A DNA stretch of 64,000 nt from an uncultured Actinomycetes bacterium (GTDB lineage Bacteria > Actinomycetota > Thermoleophilia > UBA2241). Below the pieces are notes generated by a model. The model did not search any database. It was not told where the DNA came from and worked only from the letters and a program-made list of their open reading frames with translations. The stretch lies in the NCBI GenBank assembly GCA_963725665.1, contig CAVRZA010000002.1, positions 352,001-416,000 of the forward strand, given 5' to 3'. Below are positions 30,204 to 40,357 of this stretch, one piece after another. The stretch's first letter is position 1. Each line of letters opens with the position of its first letter. Both the position numbers and the translations under genes were made by a program.

Positions 30204-30668
30204 ATGGGAACAGTCGTCATTGTGCCGGCGGAACGTGTGGAGGCGACGGATCGGGTGGATGAGAAGACGCTCACCATGCTGCGCGACGGCTATCGCGCCT
30301 TCGGCTTCGGGGCGCCCGAGGCCGTGCTGCGCTTGTTCGACCAGCACGTCCCCGAGGGCGAAGCGCACTGGGTCGTGCGCGAGGTGACCTCGACCACGCG
30401 TCACCGCTCCCGGGACGTCGTCGCCGATGACCTCTTCGGGTCGATCCCCCCGCACTGGCAGGTCGTGCGCGTCGTGCCGTTTCGCTTTCAGGAGCGGGGC
30501 GACCGCGTCGTCGTGACGGGGCACATCCGGTGCCGGCCGCGGGGCAGTTGGGACGTCATGTCAGTGCCCTTCGCGCACATCTGGACGGTCGCGCGCGGCA
30601 AGGTCGTCAGCGTGCTCAGCTACCTCGACGGTATCGAGATAGAGCGAGCGGCCCAGGGCGCGGCGTGA
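30204..30668 (+). CDS. SnoaL/NTF2-like protein (start uncertain)
   Basis: GDRVVVTGHIR...FAHIWTVARGKVV NTF2-like strand pattern. Confidence 0.7.
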   Translation: MGTVVIVPAERVEATDRVDEKTLTMLRDGYRAFGFGAPEAVLRLFDQHVPEGEAHWVVREVTSTTRHRSRDVVADDLFGSIPPHWQVVRVVPFRFQERGDRVVVTGHIRCRPRGSWDVMSVPFAHIWTVARGKVVSVLSYLDGIEIERAAQGAA

Positions 30669-30678
30669 GGATCGCCCC

Positions 30679-31206
30679 GTGATCGCTGCGTTCGCCGTCC
30701 TCGACGACGGCGGCGTGAGGTTGCGGCTGCTCGAGCTCGCGGACGCGACGTGGATAGCGAGCGCCGTCACGGCCGGGGAGACGTGCTGCCTGGACCCCAG
30801 ACCCGGCCCGCACTCGGCCGATGACGCGCGCGCCATGATCGCCTTGTGGGACGAGCTGCGCGGCGAGGGCCGGGGACTGGCCCTCGCCGCGCAGGACGAG
30901 GATCGCCTCGTCGGGCTGCTCGTCCTGCAGACGGCCGCGCCCGGTGACGTGGAGGTGGCGTACTGGATCGCGGCCGCTGAGCGCGGCAGGGGCTACGCCA
31001 CCCGCGCCGTGGGCCTGGTCTCGCGCTGGCTCGCCGAGTCGCGCGGCGCGCGCAGGGTCTGGCTCGAGACCGATCCCGCCAATCGCGCCTCGCAGCGGGT
31101 CGCCGAGAAGGCCGGCTTCGTGCGTGAGAGGCTCGCGCGCGACCACTGCGTGCGCGGCGGGGTGCCGCAGGACTGCGTGATCTACGCTCTGCCGCCGCCG
31201 GGCTAG
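30679..31206 (+). CDS. GNAT N-acetyltransferase, RimJ/RimL type
   Basis: EVAYWIAAAERGRGYAT, NRASQRVAEKAGF. Confidence 0.88.
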   Translation: MIAAFAVLDDGGVRLRLLELADATWIASAVTAGETCCLDPRPGPHSADDARAMIALWDELRGEGRGLALAAQDEDRLVGLLVLQTAAPGDVEVAYWIAAAERGRGYATRAVGLVSRWLAESRGARRVWLETDPANRASQRVAEKAGFVRERLARDHCVRGGVPQDCVIYALPPPG

Positions 31207-32240
31207 GTCAGCGGCGTCCGACGCCCCGCCCGCTTCGGGCTGTCGGGGTCCAAGCCCATGTACGTGCAGAGATGGTAGGCGAGGAGCTGCGCCGGCAAGA
31301 TCGCGACCAGCGGAGAAGCGGCCTCCGGGACCGTCGCGGGCAGCTCGATGGCCACGGTGGCGGACTCCGCGGCGGGGCCCCGCTGCCCGACGACGAGCAG
31401 GTCGAGCCCGCGCCGGCGCAGCTCGCGCACGAGGTCGGTCATGTAGCCCTGGGCCATCCCGGGCAGGGCGAAGATGATGGCCGGCAGGCCGCGCTCGATG
31501 CCGGCGATCGGACCGTGCATCAGGTCGGCGCCGGCGTACGCCGCGGCGAACAGGTGGCACGTCTCGCGCAGCTTGAGGGCCGTCTCGAGCGCCGTAGCGT
31601 AGTTGTAGCCGCGGCCCACGACGACGAGGTGCTCGCGCGAGCGGTAGCGCGGGGCTATGCGTCTGATCTGCGCCTCGAGGCCGAGCGCCGCCTCCATGGC
31701 CGCGGGCACCTCGTTGCGGAGGGCCGCGAGCAGCTTCTCGTCGCCGCTCCACGCGGCCCAGAAGAGCGCCAGCGCGGCGAGATGGCTGGTGTAGGTCTTC
31801 GTCGCCGGTCGGTCCTCTTCAGGCTCTGTGCGGGTCGGGACGACGGCCTGTGCGACCGCCGCGAGGGGGCTCGTCTCGTCGTGCGTGATGGCGACGGTAA
31901 ACGCTCCCCGGCGGCGGGCTTCGCTCACGTAGTCCATGACGTCGGGGGTGCGCCCGCTCTGACTGATGCCCACCACGAGACAGTCGCGGAGGTCCATGTC
32001 GGCGCCGTACAGCGTCGCGGCGCTGGGTATCGCCAGCCCGGCGGGAAGGCCGGCGTGGATCGCCGCGAGGTACTTGCCGTACATGGCGGCGTTGTGGCTC
32101 GCGCCGCGGGCGACGAAGAGGACGAAGCGGCTGCCGCTCGCCTTCGCGGCCGTTACGGCATCGCGCAGCGAAGAGACGTCGGTCGCCATCCGGGCCACGA
32201 TGGCCGGCTGCTCACGGATATTCGCAAGCATCTGCTCCAC
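31203..32240 (-). CDS. Two-SIS-domain sugar isomerase/deaminase (GlmS C-terminal-like)
   Basis: IREQP, ARGASHNAA, ISQSGRTPD, ATKTY, LKLRET, HGP. Confidence 0.85.
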   Translation of the reverse strand: MEQMLANIREQPAIVARMATDVSSLRDAVTAAKASGSRFVLFVARGASHNAAMYGKYLAAIHAGLPAGLAIPSAATLYGADMDLRDCLVVGISQSGRTPDVMDYVSEARRRGAFTVAITHDETSPLAAVAQAVVPTRTEPEEDRPATKTYTSHLAALALFWAAWSGDEKLLAALRNEVPAAMEAALGLEAQIRRIAPRYRSREHLVVVGRGYNYATALETALKLRETCHLFAAAYAGADLMHGPIAGIERGLPAIIFALPGMAQGYMTDLVRELRRRGLDLLVVGQRGPAAESATVAIELPATVPEAASPLVAILPAQLLAYHLCTYMGLDPDSPKRAGRRTPLT

Positions 32241-32331
32241 GTCTCCCTCCACATGGTACGGTACCCGCCTCATACTACATGGAGTCGTCACCCCGGAGGC
32301 GCGGCGTCTTCGAGGAAGGAAGTGCGGAGCT

Positions 32332-32895
32332 GTGGCTGAGTTGCTGGTTCTCGGTGTCTGCGGCAGTCTGCGCAGGGGCTCCTACAACCGCATGCTGCTG
32401 CGCGCCGCGCAGGAGCTTGCGCCGCCGGGCGTCGCGATCGAGGAGTTCACCGGGCTGCGCGAGATCCCGCCCTACGACGACGACGTGCGCGTCGGCGAGG
32501 GCGATCCGCCGCCGGTCGCCGAGCTGAAGCGGCGGATCGCCCTCGCCGACGCCCTCCTCATCGCGTCGCCGGAGTACAACTTCGGCCCCCCGGGCGTTCT
32601 CAAGAACGCCATCGACTGGGTCTCCCGCCCGCCGCTCGAGTCGCCCCTGCGGCACAAACCGGTCGCGCTGATGGGCGCGAGCACGGGGCGCATGGGCACG
32701 GTGCGCGCGCAGCTTGCGCTGCGCCAGAACCTCGCGTACTTGGAGTCCTACGTGCTCCTCAAACCGGAGGTACTGGTGAGCGGCGCCGCGGCGGCCTTCG
32801 ATCAGGACGGTCGGCTCACCGACGAGACGGTGCGGGCGCTCGTCGGGCAGCTGCTGGCCGGGCTGGTCGTCTGGACGCGCAAGGTCGCTACGTAG
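32332..32895 (+). CDS. NADPH-dependent FMN reductase (ChrR/SsuE family)
   Basis: GSLRRGSYN, SPEYNFGPPGVLKNAIDWVSR, GTVRAQ. Confidence 0.9.
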   Translation: MAELLVLGVCGSLRRGSYNRMLLRAAQELAPPGVAIEEFTGLREIPPYDDDVRVGEGDPPPVAELKRRIALADALLIASPEYNFGPPGVLKNAIDWVSRPPLESPLRHKPVALMGASTGRMGTVRAQLALRQNLAYLESYVLLKPEVLVSGAAAAFDQDGRLTDETVRALVGQLLAGLVVWTRKVAT

Positions 32896-32953
32896 GGGAG
32901 CCCGCGAGGGGTCCGGCTAGCCCATCGCGTCGGACGTGGCCCATAATGGCCGG

Positions 32954-34282
32954 ATGGCGCGCGTCCTTCTGATAGCCGCGAACCGCGAGCAGTTCCCCGA
33001 GCCGGCGTTCCCGCTGGGCGCCGCCTACGTGGCCGGCGCGCTCGAGGCGCACGGCTGCGACGTGCGCCTCTTCGACGCCGGCCTCGCGCGGCGCCCGCTG
33101 GCGGCTCTGCGGCGCGCCGTGACCGACCACGCTCCCGACGTCATCGGCCTCTCGTTGCGCAACATCGACAACGCGGCCTACCCCTGCACGAGGAGCTACG
33201 TCGGCTGGTACGAGGAGCTGGCGGGCGCCGCGCGCAGCGCGGCGCCCGCCGCCCGCCTGATCGTCGGCGGGTCGGCCTTCGCCATCTTCCCCGCGGAGCT
33301 CCTCGAGTTGCTCGGCGCCGACGTCGGCGTGACGGGCGACGGCGAGGCCGGGATGCTGGCGGCGCTCGGCAACGGGCACTCGGGGGTCGTCGAGCGGCGC
33401 CTAGACGACCTGGCGGCGGTCCGCCTGCCCGCCGGACTCGAGCGCGTCTTTCCCTCGTTCCGACGCTACCGGACGATCGGGGTGCAGTCGGCTCGCGGCT
33501 GTCCGTACCGCTGCCTCTACTGCACCTACCCGCTCCTGGAGGGTCGCCGCTTGCGGCGCCGTCCGCCCGCAGCGGTAGCCGACGAGCTCGCCGCGCTGCA
33601 GGCCCTGCACCCGTCGGCCGAGTACTTCATCGTCGACTCGGCCTTCAACGCCGACGAGGAACACCTCGCCGGCGTCTGCCGCGCCATCATCGCCCGGCGC
33701 CTGGGACTGCGTTTCTCGTGCTACCTTCAGCCCGTGATGAGCGACCCCTCGCTCTTCGACCTGCTCGCCGAGGCGGGCTGCATGGCCGTCGATTTCGGCA
33801 CCGACAGCGCCAGCGAGACCATGCTCGCGAGTCTGGGAAAGAGCTTCACCGTCGAGGAGCTGCGCGCCGCCTCGACTGCCTGCAGACGCGCCGGCATCGA
33901 CTTCTGCCACTCGCTCCTCTTCGGTGGACCCGGCGAGACGCGGGAGACGGTGGCCGAGACGGTGCGGGTGATGGACGAGGTCGCGCCCAACGCGGTCGTG
34001 GCCATGGTCGCCATGCGCATCTACCCCGGCACCGATCTCGCGGCGCTGGCGGAGGGAGTGGACGGCGGCTCCCTCCTTACCCCGCGGTTCTACGTCGCCG
34101 AGAGCGAGCCGGGCTGGCCCTACTCACAAGTGCGCTCGGCTGCCGCCGAGCGACGCTCGTGGTTCCTGCCCGGCTCCCGTGACTGGAGCACGCTGCTGGG
34201 TCCGAAGCTCCTGAGGCTCGTGCACGGCGAGGGACCGTTGTGGCGCAGCTTCCCGCGCCCGCGCTGGTACCGCTTCTTCTAG
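32954..34282 (+). CDS. B12-binding domain radical SAM protein
   Basis: N-terminal cobalamin-binding Rossmann (PLGAAYVA, IGLSLRNID, VGGSAF, GDGE) and RGCPYRCLYC CxxxCxxC. Confidence 0.88.
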   Translation: MARVLLIAANREQFPEPAFPLGAAYVAGALEAHGCDVRLFDAGLARRPLAALRRAVTDHAPDVIGLSLRNIDNAAYPCTRSYVGWYEELAGAARSAAPAARLIVGGSAFAIFPAELLELLGADVGVTGDGEAGMLAALGNGHSGVVERRLDDLAAVRLPAGLERVFPSFRRYRTIGVQSARGCPYRCLYCTYPLLEGRRLRRRPPAAVADELAALQALHPSAEYFIVDSAFNADEEHLAGVCRAIIARRLGLRFSCYLQPVMSDPSLFDLLAEAGCMAVDFGTDSASETMLASLGKSFTVEELRAASTACRRAGIDFCHSLLFGGPGETRETVAETVRVMDEVAPNAVVAMVAMRIYPGTDLAALAEGVDGGSLLTPRFYVAESEPGWPYSQVRSAAAERRSWFLPGSRDWSTLLGPKLLRLVHGEGPLWRSFPRPRWYRFF

Positions 34283-34301
34283 CGTCCCTCAGCCAGTGCC
34301 T

Positions 34302-34574
34302 TCAGCCCTCGTCGGCCGACAGCCGGCGCAAGTCCCGCGCCTTGACCTTCTCGACGCGCTGCGCCGTCGCACGCGCACGCAGGAAGGCCGGCAGGTAGTC
34401 CTCGATGGCCTCACCGGCGCTGCCCGCGCGCACGAACGCATAACCGGTGTGGTCTCCCACGACGCAACCCCAGTGGAACGCCTCCTGGAACTGCGGCCCC
34501 TGGTTGAGGGTCTCCTCGAGGGCGCGTCGGTGCTCGTCGGGGTCGTGCAGCGACACGATGAGGAAGCTGGCCAC
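34302..34574 (-). CDS. Small hypothetical protein
   Basis: AGGAGG RBS then GTG; HWGCVVGDHTGY motif; coding-like codon usage. Confidence 0.55.
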   Translation of the reverse strand: MASFLIVSLHDPDEHRRALEETLNQGPQFQEAFHWGCVVGDHTGYAFVRAGSAGEAIEDYLPAFLRARATAQRVEKVKARDLRRLSADEG

Positions 34575-34701
34575 GGTTCGTCCTCCTGAGCGACGGGGTG
34601 CCGGTGGCCCGCCGCCTGTGCCAGCCGTTCCCGTCGCGCTGCGGGGTTAAACGAGGGGTATGGTAGTGCAGCAGGTGTGAACGACGAGGAGGCTCGGTGA
34701 G

Positions 34702-35148
34702 ATGGCGGCACAACGACGGGCAGAGGTGATCTGGGAGGGCTCTCTCGAACAGGGACGAGGGCTTCTCGATCTGAAGAGCAGCGGCGCGGTCTCAGGGCTG
34801 CCGGTGACCTGGGCGTCGCGCACGCAGCGCTCCGAGGGCATGACCAGCCCCGAGGAGCTCATCGCGGCGGCTCACGCGAGCTGCTTCGCCATGGCGTTCT
34901 CGGGCGAGCTGGCGCAGGCCGGCACGGCGCCGGAGAAGCTCGATGTGACGGCCACCTGCACCATCGACCAGGTCGACGGCGGCTGGCGTGTGACGGCGAG
35001 CGCGATCGAGGTAGAGGGCGTGGTCCCCGGGCTCGACGAGGCGAGCTTCGTGCAGGCCGCCGAGCGAGCCAAGGACGGCTGCCCGGTGTCGGGCGCCCTG
35101 AAGGGCAACCTCGAGATCACGGTGCAGGCGAGGCTGGCCCAGAACTAG
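34702..35148 (+). CDS. osmC: OsmC family peroxiredoxin
   Basis: WEGSL, TSPEELIAAAHASCFAMA, AKDGCPVSGAL. Confidence 0.92.
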   Translation: MAAQRRAEVIWEGSLEQGRGLLDLKSSGAVSGLPVTWASRTQRSEGMTSPEELIAAAHASCFAMAFSGELAQAGTAPEKLDVTATCTIDQVDGGWRVTASAIEVEGVVPGLDEASFVQAAERAKDGCPVSGALKGNLEITVQARLAQN

Positions 35149-35282
35149 CGGCCAGCCTCGCTCTCGCGGGCGAGCCAGCGCCGGGGTCGGCGACCGCGCC
35201 AGGCTCGTCGGCGGCGCCCGGCGCGGTTCATCTCGCGACCGGTCAAGCACTCGGTCCGGCCCGCCGACAATAGGGGGCGACG

Positions 35283-37934
35283 ATGTCGGGCCTTGAGTCG
35301 ACACCCGTTGCCAACGACCTCTTCGCACTGCTCGGCGAGGTGACTGCTGCCGTGGCATCGCCGGGTGACGTCGACGAGACTCTGCGCCTGGTCGTGAGAC
35401 GCCTCGGCGAGGCGCTGGGCGTGTCGGAGTGCCGCCTCTACGAGTACGCCGGCGACGAGCATCACCTCACCCTGGCGGCACGCTGGGTAGCCGAGTCTGC
35501 GGTGGGTCCCGACGATGGGGCCGACGAGTCCGCGGACGCGTGCGACCGGCCGTCCCTTCGCGCGAGCCTGGTCGACCGGCAGGTGACCGAAGCGTACATC
35601 GACGACCCCGGCCTCGACCCCCTCGACCGCAGCGATCTGGAGCGCCGGTCCGCGTGCTCGCGCCTCACGGCTCCACTGGTGTTCGGCGACGAGGTCGTCG
35701 GGCTCGTGGATCTCATCGAGAGGCGCGGCGGGCGGCGGTTCGCCAAAGGCGAGAGGGAGATCGCGGCGACGTTCGCCGTCCCGGCGGCAATCGCGCTCCA
35801 TGAGGCGCATACGCAGCGTCTCGAGGCGGACCAACGGCGCTTTTTGTCGTCGCTCGTGAGCGCGAGCCGGGCCTTCACGCAGAACGAGGTCGTCGAGGAC
35901 GTGCTCAACCGCGTCGCTCGCGAGGCGGCCGAGGCGCTCGACGCCTCGCAGGCGGCCATCTACGAATACGACCCCGAAGCGCAGGCACTCATCTACAGCG
36001 TGCTGTGCGAGCGTGAGAAGTCGATCGGGCCCGACGACAGCCTTGGGTCCTCGTACGAGCTCGACGACTACCCCGGAGAGCGCCGGATCCTCATGAGCGA
36101 CGGCATCGTCCTCGAGCTGATGTCCGATCCCGACTTGCCCAACGATCGCCGCGGCTGCATGGAGACGTGGGGCGAGAAGAGCGTTCTGAGCGTGCCGCTG
36201 CGCTTCCACGACCGGCGGCTCGGCATACTGCGCATCTACGCCTTCGACAGGGAGCGCATCTTCACCGAGGCCGAGCGCAAGCTGGCGGCCGGGCTGGGCG
36301 AGCTGGCGAGTGCGGCCATCCACAACGCGCGCGCCTACCGCTCACAGGAGGACCGCACTCGCCAGCTCGCCTCGCTCCTCGACGCCAGCACCAGCATGAC
36401 GTCGACGGTCGTCCTCGAGGATGTCCTCGAGCTCGTCGCCCGCAAGACGGCCGAGGCGCTCGGTTCGCAGCAGTGCGTCATCTACGAGTACCTGAAAGAC
36501 AGGGACGCCATCGCCACGCGCTCCCTCTACAACCGCCGCGACAGGCCGCAGGACGACTGCGTGGACGAGATCGGCACCGTCTTCGCGCTCGATCTCTACC
36601 CCAGCGACAGGAAGCTGCTGGCCAGCGGCGAGATCGTGCAGCAACACCTCGGCGATCCGGGACTGCCCCGCGACGTCCGCGAGACCATGGACGCCTTCGG
36701 TGAGATGGCTTGCCTGAACGTCCCCCTCCTCTTCCGCGGCGAGGCGCTCGGGATCCTGGTGCTCGTCGAGTTCGACCACGAGCGTCACTACACGGGGGAG
36801 GAAATAGAGCTTGCCAAGGGGCTGTCCGAGCAGGCGGCCACGGCCATCCATCATGCCCGTCTCTACCGGCAGCAGGAGGAGCAGAACCGTCTGCTCGTCA
36901 CGCTCCTCGACGTGAGTCAGCGCATCGCCGCCTCACTCGACGCGCACACCGTGCTGCGTGAGGTCGCGGCCGGCGTGTCACGGCTGTTCGCCGCCGAGAC
37001 CGCGAGTGCATGCGTCTGGCTGCATACGGGCGACGGCCGCTTCGAGCCCGCCGACCAGCGAGGTGTCAGCTTGGGCGACAGCGGTGCCCAGGCTGGTCCT
37101 GGCGACGACGGCGGCGACGCGCTGGTCGCAAGGATGCTCCAGAGCGGCGACCCGCTCCAGGAGGGCCTGGGAGCCGACGGCCACCGCCTCGTCCTGCCGC
37201 TCGTCGTCCACGGCGCGCTGACGGGGTATGTCGAGGTGCGCAGCGAGCGGTCGGACCCACTCAGCGCCGACGACTTGCAGGTGCTACAGGTGCTGGCCAG
37301 CGAGGCCACCGTGGCGCTCGAGAACGCCGACAACTACGGCAAGCTCGAGGACACGTACCTGGAGACGGTCACGGCGCTCGCCGCGGCCATGGAGGCCAAG
37401 GACCAGTACACCGCCGATCACGCCGACATGCTGGCTAACATGGCCGTCGCCATCGGCCGTCGCCTGGGCCTCGTCGAAGCCGACCTGCGCGATCTGCAGT
37501 ATGCCGCCGTCCTGCACGACATCGGCAAGATCGGTATCCCTGGAGCCATCCTCAACAAGCCCGACCAGCTCACCGATGAGGAGTTCGCCGTCATGGCCGA
37601 GCACACGGTCATCGGAGAGCGGATCATCTCGCGGATCGCGCACTTGCGCTCCATCGGGCATATCGTGAGGGCGGCGCACGAGCGCTGGGACGGCAGCGGC
37701 TACCCGGATGGCCTCGGCGGTGAAGAGATCCCCCTGCCGTCGCGCATCCTGCTGGTCTGCGACGCCTATCACGCCATGACCTCGGATCGTCCCTATCGCG
37801 AGGCTCTGGCCGAAGACGTCGCTCTCGGGGAGCTACGGCAGAACGCCGGGACGCAGTTCGACCCCGCGGTCGTCGAACGCTTCCTCGAGACGTGGCCACA
37901 CTTCGAGACGGAGCACTCCGCGGCGGTCAACTAG
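35283..37934 (+). CDS. Multi-GAF sensor HD-GYP phosphodiesterase
   Basis: Four GAF-like repeats, then AKDQYTADH, LHDIGK, HERWDGSGYPDGL, AMTSDRPYR. Confidence 0.9.
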   Translation: MSGLESTPVANDLFALLGEVTAAVASPGDVDETLRLVVRRLGEALGVSECRLYEYAGDEHHLTLAARWVAESAVGPDDGADESADACDRPSLRASLVDRQVTEAYIDDPGLDPLDRSDLERRSACSRLTAPLVFGDEVVGLVDLIERRGGRRFAKGEREIAATFAVPAAIALHEAHTQRLEADQRRFLSSLVSASRAFTQNEVVEDVLNRVAREAAEALDASQAAIYEYDPEAQALIYSVLCEREKSIGPDDSLGSSYELDDYPGERRILMSDGIVLELMSDPDLPNDRRGCMETWGEKSVLSVPLRFHDRRLGILRIYAFDRERIFTEAERKLAAGLGELASAAIHNARAYRSQEDRTRQLASLLDASTSMTSTVVLEDVLELVARKTAEALGSQQCVIYEYLKDRDAIATRSLYNRRDRPQDDCVDEIGTVFALDLYPSDRKLLASGEIVQQHLGDPGLPRDVRETMDAFGEMACLNVPLLFRGEALGILVLVEFDHERHYTGEEIELAKGLSEQAATAIHHARLYRQQEEQNRLLVTLLDVSQRIAASLDAHTVLREVAAGVSRLFAAETASACVWLHTGDGRFEPADQRGVSLGDSGAQAGPGDDGGDALVARMLQSGDPLQEGLGADGHRLVLPLVVHGALTGYVEVRSERSDPLSADDLQVLQVLASEATVALENADNYGKLEDTYLETVTALAAAMEAKDQYTADHADMLANMAVAIGRRLGLVEADLRDLQYAAVLHDIGKIGIPGAILNKPDQLTDEEFAVMAEHTVIGERIISRIAHLRSIGHIVRAAHERWDGSGYPDGLGGEEIPLPSRILLVCDAYHAMTSDRPYREALAEDVALGELRQNAGTQFDPAVVERFLETWPHFETEHSAAVN

Positions 37935-37938
37935 GTTG

Positions 37939-38031
37939 TGGCGGAGAGGGAGGGATTCGAACCCTCGAAGCGCCAAACGACGCTTAACGGTTTTCGAGAC
38001 CGCCGCTTTCAGCCATCTCAGCCACCTCTCC
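37939..38031 (-). tRNA. tRNA-Ser(CGA)
   Basis: GGAGAGG acceptor, anticodon GCGGT-CT-CGA-AA-ACCGT, long variable arm, CCA. Confidence 0.95.
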
Positions 38032-38064
38032 GCGAGGGGCTGCGCACGGGCCACAGGTGGTCGC

Positions 38065-38158
38065 TGGCGGAGAGGGTGGGATTCGAACCCACGAGGCAGC
38101 TTATCGCCGCCCACGCGATTTCCAGTCGCGCTCCTTAAGCCAACTCGGACACCTCTCC
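38065..38158 (-). tRNA. tRNA-Ser(GGA)
   Basis: Anticodon CGCGA-CT-GGA-AA-TCGCG, long variable arm, CCA. Confidence 0.95.
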
Positions 38159-38261
38159 GGGCCCGTGGGCGAGAACGAAGTATAGCCCAGGGCGGGGCGC
38201 TTGGTGAACGAAGCAGCCGTGCCTGAACGCGTCTGCCGGTCAGCCTCGCGGCGGCGGGCCG

Positions 38262-38735
38262 CTACTTCTCGCCGGCCTCGCGGCGGCGGTTGAAGAACTC
38301 CTGCAAGAGCGCGACCGACTCGTCCTCGAGGACCCGGCTGCGCACCTCGGTGAAGTGGTTCAGGCGGGGGTCTCGGGCGATGTCGAAGACCGTGCCCGCG
38401 GCCCCCGCCTTCTCGTCGCGCGCGCCGTAGACGAGGCGCGGGACGCGCGCCTGGCTGATCGCGCCGGCGCACATCGGGCAGGGCTCGATGGTGACGTAGA
38501 TGGTGGTCTCGAGCAGGCGCCAGTGGCCGATGCGCGCCGCGGCCTCCTCGATGGCGAGGATCTCCGCGTGCGCCGTCGGCGACTGGCGCAGCTCGCGCTC
38601 GTTGTGGGCAGCGGCGATGACCTCGCCGCCGCGCACGACGACGGCCCCCACAGGCACGTCGTCGTGCGCGACTGCCCGCGCCGCCTCGCGCAGCGCCAAG
38701 CGCATGAAGTACTCGTCGTCGGTCAGCTCGTTCAT
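38262..38735 (-). CDS. tadA: tRNA adenosine(34) deaminase
   Basis: VPVGAVVV, PTAHAE, VTIEPCPMCAGA, RLNH. Confidence 0.95.
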   Translation of the reverse strand: MNELTDDEYFMRLALREAARAVAHDDVPVGAVVVRGGEVIAAAHNERELRQSPTAHAEILAIEEAAARIGHWRLLETTIYVTIEPCPMCAGAISQARVPRLVYGARDEKAGAAGTVFDIARDPRLNHFTEVRSRVLEDESVALLQEFFNRRREAGEK

Positions 38736-38865
38736 CTCAGCGCATCGTCGGTCAGCTCGTTCATCTCAGCGCGGAGTCGATCAGGTCGCTCGTGTGGGCA
38801 CGCCATAGGTCAGCTCGCTCATCGAGGCACGCCATCGGTCGTCTCGATCATCGGGGCACGTCTCG
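38716..38865. repeat. Five degenerate tandem units of 29-nt period spanning the tadA start
   Basis: Units begin at 38721, 38750, 38779, 38808 and 38837; the first two share an exact 28-mer TCGTCGGTCAGCTCGTTCATCTCAGCGC. Confidence 0.8.
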
Positions 38866-38961
38866 CACGTACGCTCGTCAGGTCGCGGATGCTATCACGC
38901 CACGCGAGGTATCTTCCCTTGTGCACGCGGCGCCCCACCCGGAAAGAATGGAGGCCGTTCC

Positions 38962-39264
38962 ATGCTGAGCTATCGCCTGGTGGAGGTCCGGCTCGACAAC
39001 GAGCCGCAGGAGTTCGAGTCTGCGTATGTGTACATCCCGGAGAACGAGGAGCTCGGAGGCTGGCGCGTCACTTTCGAGAGCCGGCAGGACCCGATGCTCG
39101 AACCGTCCGACGAGCGCCTGGCTCTTCTGCTGCGCGCCGAGGGCGACGTGCGCCTCGCGGGCACGGGCCACGTGAGCAACGTGCGCTTCGTCGACGGTGG
39201 CGCCTACGTCGAGGTCATGGGGCAGGGAGAGCTCGACGGCGTGACCGACCTGGGCGACTTCTGA
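38962..39264 (+). CDS. Hypothetical protein
   Basis: GGAGG RBS, ATG, GC3-rich codons; no recognised motif. Confidence 0.6.
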   Translation: MLSYRLVEVRLDNEPQEFESAYVYIPENEELGGWRVTFESRQDPMLEPSDERLALLLRAEGDVRLAGTGHVSNVRFVDGGAYVEVMGQGELDGVTDLGDF

Positions 39265-39382
39265 GGAGTCGCGGCTGCGAGACCGATTCTGCACGGGTGC
39301 CTGCGAACGTGTACGGACGAGGCGACTTGGGGATACACATTCTCACGGTGGGAGGCGATTCGCGCGGTGGAGGAGGTCGTCC

Positions 39383-39727
39383 GTGACAGATGCCGCTGGC
39401 AGTCTTGTGAGACGTCGTCACGGGTCGCTCGTGCCCGTGAGGACGTTCGGAAACGGCCGCGTTTGCAGCGCCGAGGGCTGCAGCACGGTGCTCTCCCTCT
39501 ACAACCCCTCGGACCTGTGCGCGGTGCACGAGCGTCACGTCACGCACATCGACGATGAGCCCAGCCGGCGGCTGCTCGGCCCGTTGCTGGTAGCGCGTTG
39601 CGCCTACAGCGAGTGCGCCAACACGTTCACGACGCGCAACCCGCGACGCAAGTACTGCAGCGACTCCTGCAGGATGAAGGCCTTCCAGCGCCGCGAGCGG
39701 ACCGACAGCGAGCTCCGGGCGGCGTAG
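39383..39727 (+). CDS. Small double zinc-finger-like protein (C-terminal CGNR-like)
   Basis: CSAEGC...LCAVH and CAYSEC...KYCSDSCRMKAFQRR; GGAGGAGG RBS. Confidence 0.65.
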   Translation: MTDAAGSLVRRRHGSLVPVRTFGNGRVCSAEGCSTVLSLYNPSDLCAVHERHVTHIDDEPSRRLLGPLLVARCAYSECANTFTTRNPRRKYCSDSCRMKAFQRRERTDSELRAA

Positions 39728-39913
39728 GCGAAGTCCGAGACCGCCCTAGCTCGCTGTCCTGCCTGACTACGGATTCCAGTCTGGCCCCCTGCCCGTCTGC
39801 GTCGGTTTCTCGTACCATGCAAGAGCGGACTCATTCTCGGAAACGTGGTGCCGGAATGCTTCGGCGCCGCGAGTGCACGGCGGCCGGGCCGCCGTTGCCG
39901 TGGGGGGTGTGGG

Positions 39914-40357
39914 ATGGCCTACAACTACGAGTTCAAGTACCCGCGCAAGAAGCTGCACGAGATCGTGAGCCGTTACCTGCTGCAGATGCACACCATGGGC
40001 CGGGCTCCCAACTGCGGTGTGTTCTTCGTCGAGCAGACGTTCGCGGCGCCGGACGTGCGCGGCTGGCTCCTTACCTATCGCGAAGACGTCGGGCCGGAGG
40101 ACCGCTACGTGTTGCTCGAAGACGGCGATGTCTGGATCGACATGGAGGGCGCCAGCGACGGGCACGATGAGGGACGAGGGTGGCTGGACGCGCCGACAGA
40201 CGATCTGGCGGTGCTGCTGGCCCAGTCGCTCAAGAGCGCGCGCATGGGAGGGGACGGGCTCCTGTTCTCGGGCGATGCCGCCGCGTGTCAGGTGGTCGTC
40301 GAGGACCGTCGCGAGACGATGAAGGCGTTCATGGGCCGGGAGAACCGCGTCCACTAG
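39914..40357 (+). CDS. Hypothetical protein
   Basis: ATG at 39914 (MAYNYEFKYP), coding-like codon usage. Confidence 0.55.
   Translation: MAYNYEFKYPRKKLHEIVSRYLLQMHTMGRAPNCGVFFVEQTFAAPDVRGWLLTYREDVGPEDRYVLLEDGDVWIDMEGASDGHDEGRGWLDAPTDDLAVLLAQSLKSARMGGDGLLFSGDAAACQVVVEDRRETMKAFMGRENRVH

Noticed and set aside
38716-38865. CRISPR array
   Set aside because: The 29-nt units are contiguous with no unique spacers, are degenerate, overlap the tadA start, and no cas genes are present
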